Below, piece after piece: positions 34,631 to 41,418 of a stretch of DNA of 64,000 nt (positions within the stretch are counted from its first letter, which is position 1; every line of letters begins with the position of its first letter). The stretch spans positions 12,323 through 76,322 of the forward strand of contig ONPC01000133.1 of assembly GCA_900319565.1 (NCBI GenBank). Reading direction: 5' to 3'. The translations under genes and the position numbers were made by a program. The stretch comes from an uncultured Eubacteriales bacterium. GTDB lineage: Bacteria; Bacillota; Clostridia; Lachnospirales; Lachnospiraceae. The notes beneath the pieces were generated by a model, which saw only the letters and a program-made list of their open reading frames with translations, was not told the origin of the DNA and did not search any database.

Positions 34631-36031
34631 TTATTTTTCGGAAAGTAAGTAATCACCGAACTCGTGAATGTTTCCGCTGCCACTCATGGTTATCAACAAA
34701 TCGCCGTTGATATCCTGTTTGAGAAGGAAATTCTTCATATCGTCAAATGTCGGACAATAGTGCGCATCGACCCCGTTTTTTTGCAACGCTTCGCACAGAA
34801 GTTCGGAGCTTACGCCCAGGGTGTCGGTCTCGCGCGCGGGGTACAGTTTCATGAGCACCACGTGGTCGGCCAGGGACAGCGCCTGCACGAATTCGTTGAA
34901 GAACTGCTTCGTGCGGGAGTAGGTGTGGGGCTGGAACAGTGCCCAGATCTGACGGTGCGGGAAGTTCACCGCGGCCTTTAAGGTCGCCTCGATCTCCTGC
35001 GGGTGGTGTGCGTAATCGTCATAGAGCATGCCGCCGTTGAACGGCCCCTTTTTCTCGAAGCGCGCGCCAGCGCCGGTGTACTCCGCGATCGCGGGAACGA
35101 TCGTCTCGGGGCGGATGCCCATCAGCAGCGCTGTTACGATGGCGGAGAGACAATTGCCCACGTTGTGGATGCCCGGCACGGAGAGCTGGACGTGCATCAG
35201 CCGCATGGCGCAGCCCTTCTTGCATACGTCGAATTCGTAGTAGGGCGTGCCCGGGATCAGGGCAATGTTTTCCGCGTGGTAATCCGCGTTTTTGTCGTTC
35301 ATATTATAGGTAACGACGCGGCACGGAAGGCCGGCCGTAAGTTCGCCGAGGTTTTTGATGGCGTAGTCGATGACCACGGCGCCTTCGGCAGGAACATTTT
35401 CCATGTATTTGCGGAAGGAGTTACGGACGTCGTCCATATCCTTAAAGAAGTCCATGTGCTCCGCCTCGATGTTGAGAACGATCTCATACAGAGGGTACAG
35501 GTAGTGGAAACTGTTGGTGTACTCGCAGGCCTCCGCCAGGAAGACGGGGCTCTTGCCGCAGCGAACGGTGCCGCCGATCTTCGGAAGTTCGCTGCCCACG
35601 GTGATGGTCGGGTCCAATCCGGCTGCCAGCAGGATGTGGGACATGATCGAGGTGGTCGTGGTCTTGCCGTGCGTTCCGGCCACACCGACCGAGACCGGAT
35701 ATTCGCGCATGATCTGCCCTAACAGTTCGCCGCGGGTCAGCATGGGAATGTTCATTTCGGCCGCCTTCGCAAATTCCGGATTATCCGGGTGGATGGCTGC
35801 GTTGTAGACCAGCAGGCCGACATCCTCGGTGATGTGGGAGGCGTCGTGTCCGATCCACACCTGAAAACCTAAGTTTTTCAGATAGTTGGTTTCGATGCTT
35901 TCGGCCCGGTCCGAACCGGTTACGTGAAAGCCTTTTTCTCTGAGTATAAACGCCAGTCCGCTCATGCTCATTCCGCCGATGCCGATGAAATGAACGTGGC
36001 AGGGTTTTTCTGAATCAATCTGAAATGACAT
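34631..36031 (-). CDS. murC: UDP-N-acetylmuramate--L-alanine ligase
   Basis: ORF 34631-36121. Preferred start is the ATG complementary to 36029-36031 (MSFQIDSEK), with an AGGAAAGG RBS. Motifs GIGGMSMSGLA and GTHGKTTTTS. Confidence 0.9.
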   Translation of the reverse strand: MSFQIDSEKPCHVHFIGIGGMSMSGLAFILREKGFHVTGSDRAESIETNYLKNLGFQVWIGHDASHITEDVGLLVYNAAIHPDNPEFAKAAEMNIPMLTRGELLGQIMREYPVSVGVAGTHGKTTTTSIMSHILLAAGLDPTITVGSELPKIGGTVRCGKSPVFLAEACEYTNSFHYLYPLYEIVLNIEAEHMDFFKDMDDVRNSFRKYMENVPAEGAVVIDYAIKNLGELTAGLPCRVVTYNMNDKNADYHAENIALIPGTPYYEFDVCKKGCAMRLMHVQLSVPGIHNVGNCLSAIVTALLMGIRPETIVPAIAEYTGAGARFEKKGPFNGGMLYDDYAHHPQEIEATLKAAVNFPHRQIWALFQPHTYSRTKQFFNEFVQALSLADHVVLMKLYPARETDTLGVSSELLCEALQKNGVDAHYCPTFDDMKNFLLKQDINGDLLITMSGSGNIHEFGDYLLSEK

Positions 36032-36219
36032 GGTAGTAAGCCTTTCCTGAAACTGCAGGGGGCATGCCGGGTCTGCAGTATGTGATAAATAATAAATTAA
36101 GTATAGCGCAAACCACGCCAAAGTTCAAGATGAGGCGACATTTTCCGCGGAAAAACGGGGCGGTTTATTACGAAGTATTAATTCTTGTTTACTCTTTCCT
36201 TAAGGTTTGCTACAGGTGG

Positions 36220-36311
36220 TTGTCGGCGGAAAATGCGTTTGATATAATAGTTATAGTTGGATAAATGGGGCACGTTTTTGCCTTTACGTACGCATGCGGA
36301 TGCGGTATAAT
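36220..36311 (+). promoter_or_regulatory. Two candidate promoters upstream of the zinc-ribbon/TIR gene array
   Basis: P1: TTGTCG (36220-36225), 17 bp, TATAAT (36243-36248), with TGa extended -10. P2: TTTACG (36283-36288), 17 bp, TATAAT (36306-36311). I cannot say which of the two is used. Confidence 0.45.
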
Positions 36312-36369
36312 ATAAAGCATAAGCGGGTCGAATAGGAAAGAGTCAAAACGAGACGAGGAGGAGCCCGAA

Positions 36370-37149
36370 ATGTTCGTGTTAAATTGCAAAAGGTGCGGGG
36401 CACCGCTGGATATAATTGAGGGGGCACGTGTTTGTACATGTAAACGCTGCGGCAGCTCCCAGACGTTACCAGAATTCGGAAACACGGACTCGGATGCTCT
36501 GCTTCTGTTACAGGAAGCGGAAGCTGCGTGGAAACAACTGGCGCAAAGTGATTTTGCTGCGGATAGTCAAGAATTACGGGAACTGGCACAGAAATATGAG
36601 CAGATCGTGTCAGATCCGCCGATGGTCGCTTCCGATGCAGCAGGAGATTCAGCGGGATATACATTGACCGAAAAATGTGCAAATAAGGCAGTTTATTGCC
36701 GCTATCTCGGAGCAGTCTCCGATCTGAAAAGATCGGAGGATCCGGAGGCAGAAGAAAATGCATATGACTATTTGGTATCGCTGGGAGACTACGAAGACGC
36801 GGAACGGATCCTGGATGCATACAGATATAAAATGCTTCGGACAGAGAAAGAAAAAAAGAACCGAAAGCAGAATGAATACAAGGGACTGGGGTGGTTTATG
36901 CTGGCTCTTGCTGCGTTTTCGCTGGCCTTCGGTATCTTCGTGGGATTCACGAACAAAAATAACAGGGGCGGTTTTGGCTATTTTCTCGGGAGTATGGTGC
37001 AGGCGACACTTTTAATGATGGTTATTCTCTGCATCCCCGTCGCACTGTATTTGATTGGGGATCGAATCGCAAAATGGGTAAATACCACGAGAGAAGAGTA
37101 TGAGGAATTCGAATCGGATGATGATCCGGAGGAGGAAGGCAAATGGTAG
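36370..37149 (+). CDS. Zinc-ribbon protein with one LGDYEDA-type repeat and two C-terminal TM helices (array member 1, no TIR)
   Basis: GGAGGAG RBS. Head MFVLNCKRCGAPL...CTCKRCGSSQTLP. LGDYEDA at 36781-36801. Hydrophobic helices GWFMLALAAFSLAFGIFVGF and ATLLMMVILCIPVALYLI. Confidence 0.8.
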   Translation: MFVLNCKRCGAPLDIIEGARVCTCKRCGSSQTLPEFGNTDSDALLLLQEAEAAWKQLAQSDFAADSQELRELAQKYEQIVSDPPMVASDAAGDSAGYTLTEKCANKAVYCRYLGAVSDLKRSEDPEAEENAYDYLVSLGDYEDAERILDAYRYKMLRTEKEKKNRKQNEYKGLGWFMLALAAFSLAFGIFVGFTNKNNRGGFGYFLGSMVQATLLMMVILCIPVALYLIGDRIAKWVNTTREEYEEFESDDDPEEEGKW

Positions 37150-39179
37150 TTTATAACTGTAAAATGTGCGGAGCTCCGCTGAATATCGAAGAGGGAATGA
37201 CCGTATGTGAATGTGAATACTGCGGGACCAGGCAGAGCCTTCCGAAGATCGGGGACGAAAAGAGGCTGGCGCAGATCAATCGCGCGAACTACTTCCGCCA
37301 GAATGGTGAGTTTGAACGTGCCGAGAGGATCTATGAAGAACTGATCGAAAACCTGGATGCAGCGGGTCATCTTGCCGCGGATCCGGCACAGAACTCCGGC
37401 TCCGCTTCGGCATCCGGTGATATCGCCGGGGCGCAGGAGGCTTGGGCTGCGATCCAAGAGGCAGATGCGGACCTGTTCTGGTCGCTGGCGCTGTGCCGCT
37501 ACGGCATCGAATATGTGACAGATCCGGTCACAGGAAGGAAGATCCCGACCTGCCGGATGTTGCAGTATAAAAACATCCTGGACGACGATGACTATCGCCG
37601 TGCTGTTTCCCATGCGGATTATGCGCAGAAGGAACTGATCATGTCCGAAGCGCGCTATATATCAAATATACAGAAGGGCATCCTCGAGATCTCCCGGAAG
37701 GAAGAACCGTACGATGTGTTCATTTGCTATAAGGAAAGCGACGATCAGGGTACCCGGATGAAAGACAGCGTTCTGGCACAGGATATGTATTATCAGCTGA
37801 TCCGCGAAGGCTATAAGGTGTTTTTCGCGCGTGTGACGCTGGAGGGAAAACTGGGCACGGAGTACGAGCCCTATATCTTTGCTGCCCTGAATTCGGCGAA
37901 GGTCATGATCGTGCTGGGTACGAAAAAGGAACACTTTGAGGCGACCTGGGTGAAAAACGAATGGATGCGGTATCTGGCCCTGATGCGGGATGACCGTAAA
38001 CGTCGCCTGATCCCGGCGTACCAGGACATGGATCCGTACGACCTGCCGGAGGCGCTTTCGATGTTTCAGGCACAGGATATGTCCAAACTGGGCTTCATGC
38101 AGGACATCCTGGCGGTGATCCAAAACATGGATCAGGAGGAACGTGAAAAAACATCGGCTCGCCGTGAAACGCTGGTCGTTTCGGATGTGACGGAGACAGC
38201 GCCGCTGCTGCGCCGAATCGGCTATTTTCTCGAAGACGGCGAATTCGACCGGGCAGAGCAGTACTGCGACCGCGTGCTGAACCTGGATCCGGAGTGCGCG
38301 TGGGCCTACGTATACTCCATTATGGTCGAAAAGAAGGTACATACGCTCGAGGAACTGGAGCAGGTTTGTGACTATGACGGTATGACCGCCGATGACAACT
38401 ATAAAAAGGCGATCCGTTTTGCGGATCCGGAACTGAAGGAAAAACTGAAGCGCATTGACCAGCAGATGATCTACAACGATGCGGTAAACAAAATGCAGCA
38501 TCCGGAGGATGTCGCGCATTTTCCGGAGACGGTTCCGGAGTTTCGCAGCATTCCGGGCTTTAAGGATGCCGACCAGAGACTGCTGGAATGCGTTGCTATG
38601 AAGCGGAATCTTTCGGAGCAGATGTTTGCGGAAGCAGAGCGGGATCTGGAGCGCCTGATGAGGGATGTGCATAAGTATCCTTCACCGTTTCGGGAACTGG
38701 CGGGAAGATATGCGCTGATCGCGAAAATGAAACCGGATCCGGAACTGGATGAAATGGAGAGACAGAATATGGCTCTCTGGAGTAAGACCAGTGAGGAGAA
38801 GGTGATGGAATGTCGATATATCGCTGCGGTCACCGAACTGAAACGCGCGGCGCGTCCGGAGGAGGTCAATATAGCCTATATTCATTTGAGGGAATTAGGC
38901 GATTATAAGGATGCGCAAGCCCTGGTGAAACAGCATAAGGCCGAAAGCAAAGAAAAAGAGAAGCAGAGGCAGAAAGCCGAAGAGGATTACCTGCGTGAGC
39001 GCGCGTTGAGCGGTTCGGGCGGAGGCCGCCGCAGTTTCGCGAGTGAGTTAGGAGCGAAAAGCATTATTACGACCATACTGGGTATTATCGCGATTATTAT
39101 CATAATCATCGGATTAGTAACCGGCAATCTTACAATAGGTGCCCTTCTGGAAAGTTTTCTCGAAACGGACTGGGATTAA
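37143..39179 (+). CDS. Zinc-ribbon / TIR-domain protein with a C-terminal TM anchor (array member 2)
   Basis: The start ATG overlaps the stop of member 1 (ATGGTAG). Head MVVYNCKMCGAPL...CECEYCGTRQSLP. TIR-like region ~37707-38130 (DVFICYKESDD, VFFARVTLEGKLGTEYEPYIFAAL, WVKNEW). C-terminal helix IITTILGIIAIIIIIIGLV. Confidence 0.85.
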   Translation: MVVYNCKMCGAPLNIEEGMTVCECEYCGTRQSLPKIGDEKRLAQINRANYFRQNGEFERAERIYEELIENLDAAGHLAADPAQNSGSASASGDIAGAQEAWAAIQEADADLFWSLALCRYGIEYVTDPVTGRKIPTCRMLQYKNILDDDDYRRAVSHADYAQKELIMSEARYISNIQKGILEISRKEEPYDVFICYKESDDQGTRMKDSVLAQDMYYQLIREGYKVFFARVTLEGKLGTEYEPYIFAALNSAKVMIVLGTKKEHFEATWVKNEWMRYLALMRDDRKRRLIPAYQDMDPYDLPEALSMFQAQDMSKLGFMQDILAVIQNMDQEEREKTSARRETLVVSDVTETAPLLRRIGYFLEDGEFDRAEQYCDRVLNLDPECAWAYVYSIMVEKKVHTLEELEQVCDYDGMTADDNYKKAIRFADPELKEKLKRIDQQMIYNDAVNKMQHPEDVAHFPETVPEFRSIPGFKDADQRLLECVAMKRNLSEQMFAEAERDLERLMRDVHKYPSPFRELAGRYALIAKMKPDPELDEMERQNMALWSKTSEEKVMECRYIAAVTELKRAARPEEVNIAYIHLRELGDYKDAQALVKQHKAESKEKEKQRQKAEEDYLRERALSGSGGGRRSFASELGAKSIITTILGIIAIIIIIIGLVTGNLTIGALLESFLETDWD

Positions 39180-39237
39180 CAAATGAGCGCTCCCTTTATA
39201 TGACTGCGTAGTTTTAAGAGGGCAGAGAGGATAAATA

Positions 39238-41295
39238 ATGGCTGTATATACATGTAAAATGTGCGGAGGAAAACTGAAGCCGGAAGAAGGCTCGGCCATC
39301 TGCACCTGTGAATACTGTAAGACGAGGCAGACGCTGCCGCTGATCGATGACGAACAGGCGGCGAACCGCATTAACCGCGCGCATCATTTCCGCCAGCTCG
39401 GCGAGTTTGATAAAGCGGCGGATACTTATACGGAGATGATCGCGATCGAAGGCGGCTCAGGCATGAGTTTGAGCCACGTGGACCCGGAACTGTTCTGGTC
39501 GCTGGCGCTGTGCCGTTACGGCATCGAGTATGTCAACGATCCGGTGACGCATCAGGGAGTCGCGACCTGTCATCGCGTGCAGTATAAGAGCATTTTGGAC
39601 GACGCGGATTACCTGCAGGCCCTGGACAATGCGGACCCGCTGCGCCGCGCTTACTACGAGCAGGAGGCGCAGTATATCGCGTCGGTCCAGAAGCGGATTC
39701 TGGAGATATCGGAGCGAGAGGAGCCGTTCGATGTCTTTTTGTGCTACAAAGAGACGGATGCGGAAGGAAAACGTACGAAGGACAGCGTCCTGGCGCAGGA
39801 GATGTATTATCAGCTGATGAAGGATGGGTTTAAGGTATTTTTCGCCCGGATCACCCTGGAAGGGAAGCTCGGGACCGAATATGAACCCTACATTTTTGCT
39901 GCGCTCCATTCGGCGCGGACCATGGTCGTGATCGGTACCGATCCGGCCTACTTTTCTGCGCCCTGGGTGAAAAACGAGTGGGCTCGTTTCCTTGCGGTCA
40001 TGAAGGAGGAGGGCTTCCGCTCTTTGATCGTGGCCTATAAGGACATGAACCCGTACGATATCCCGGATGCGCTTTCGATGTATCCGGCGCAGGACATGGG
40101 AGAACTGGGCTTTTTGCAGGATCTGACGCGCGGTATCCGTAAATTGTCGAATAAGGAAGAGGAGCTTCAAAACAAAAACCGCGCCCGGGAAACCGTTGTG
40201 ATCACATCCAACACCAACGTGGAGCCGTTGCTCAAACGCATCGGCTTGTTCATGGAGGACGGCGATTATACGAGCGCCATGGAGTATTGTGAAAAGACGT
40301 TGGACATTTACCCGGAATGCGCGCAGGCCTACCTGTACCTGGTTTTGGCGAAACGGAAGATAAAGACCGCGGAGCAACTTAGCGAATCAAAAGAAGAATT
40401 CGACCTTCTGGGCGATCGGGATTTTCAGAAGGTGCTTCGCTTCGGGGATGAAGACTGCAAAAGGAAAATGCTGCAGTTGGTTCGTGAAAAAGAATACAGT
40501 GCCACTGTCGGGCGGTATGACCGGTTTTTGATGGTCGAACTGAAAAAAGGGTGGAACCCGCCGGAGCAGATTCGGGACCTGATCGACCGTTTCCGCCAAA
40601 TGGACGGTTATAAGGACAGCGATGCGATCATAGAAAGACTGGAGAGGAAATATACACTCAGTCGGATCTATGGGGCGGCTGAAGAACTGAGAAACGCACA
40701 GACGAAGGATGAACTGGCGGCGGCCGCAGCCGGAATCCGTGAGATCGAAGATCTCCGAAACGATCCGGAATTTCAGGCGATCTTTGACTATCCGGACCCG
40801 GAAGAAGCTTATAATAGGGCATTGAAATTGATGGAAGACTATAAGGAGCCGGAGGAAAACCTCAAAGCTGCCCGGATGTTTGCTTACCTGGCGGATTACA
40901 GAGATTCCCCCCGTTTGCTGAACAAATGCATCAAAATGATCCAATATACAGAAGCAACGAATGCAATAAACGGCAACACGGTTGCCGACTGCTTCAAAGC
41001 GATCTATTTGTTTAATTCCCTGGGGGATTTTGAGGATGCTCCTCAGAAGGCCGTCGCCGCAAAAGAAAAATGGCAGGAATTGGTCTATTCCACGGCGGTG
41101 AATACGATGGAATGCGCCCGGGAACCCGAAAGTTTCGAGAAAGCTATCGCTATGTTTGAATCCCTCGGGGACTACAATGATTCCGCGAAAAAAACCGAAG
41201 AGGCGAAAAAAAGCCTGAAAAAAATGATACGGAAGATCAACAAAAAAGGAGTCGACCCCAAAGGCGGCGATTTTATGATGAAAAAGTGGCTGTAA
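39238..41295 (+). CDS. Zinc-ribbon / TIR-domain protein, no TM, with four or more LGDYKDA-type repeats (array member 3)
   Basis: GAGAGGA RBS. Head MAVYTCKMCGGKL...CTCEYCKTRQTLP. TIR-like region ~39724-40146 (DVFLCYKETDAEG, VFFARITLEGKLGTEYEPYIFAAL, WVKNEW). Repeats at 40606-40620, 40888-40908, 41020-41040 and 41164-41184. Confidence 0.85.
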   Translation: MAVYTCKMCGGKLKPEEGSAICTCEYCKTRQTLPLIDDEQAANRINRAHHFRQLGEFDKAADTYTEMIAIEGGSGMSLSHVDPELFWSLALCRYGIEYVNDPVTHQGVATCHRVQYKSILDDADYLQALDNADPLRRAYYEQEAQYIASVQKRILEISEREEPFDVFLCYKETDAEGKRTKDSVLAQEMYYQLMKDGFKVFFARITLEGKLGTEYEPYIFAALHSARTMVVIGTDPAYFSAPWVKNEWARFLAVMKEEGFRSLIVAYKDMNPYDIPDALSMYPAQDMGELGFLQDLTRGIRKLSNKEEELQNKNRARETVVITSNTNVEPLLKRIGLFMEDGDYTSAMEYCEKTLDIYPECAQAYLYLVLAKRKIKTAEQLSESKEEFDLLGDRDFQKVLRFGDEDCKRKMLQLVREKEYSATVGRYDRFLMVELKKGWNPPEQIRDLIDRFRQMDGYKDSDAIIERLERKYTLSRIYGAAEELRNAQTKDELAAAAAGIREIEDLRNDPEFQAIFDYPDPEEAYNRALKLMEDYKEPEENLKAARMFAYLADYRDSPRLLNKCIKMIQYTEATNAINGNTVADCFKAIYLFNSLGDFEDAPQKAVAAKEKWQELVYSTAVNTMECAREPESFEKAIAMFESLGDYNDSAKKTEEAKKSLKKMIRKINKKGVDPKGGDFMMKKWL

Positions 41296-41310
41296 TTCTG
41301 TGCTGAAGTC

Positions 41311-41339
41311 TTTTCAAATCTTAAACAATGTGCTATAAT
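41311..41339 (+). promoter_or_regulatory. Internal promoter candidate for array member 4
   Basis: TTTTCA (41311-41316), 17 bp, TATAAT (41334-41339), with extended -10 TGc. Confidence 0.45.
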
Positions 41340-41418
41340 AACAGACAGATGGAATATCGGAATCCAATATGTGCGAAAACGAGAAAGATCGAGACAAAAC
41401 GTAAAGGAGATATACACC

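Noticed and set aside
37662-40377. Antisense ORFs inside the two TIR genes (37662-38672, 336 aa; 39457-40377, 306 aa), considered as possible overlapping partner genes
   Set aside because: Both are R/H/L/F-rich with no RBS or conserved features. Their similarity to each other is fully explained by the paralogy of the sense-strand TIR genes.
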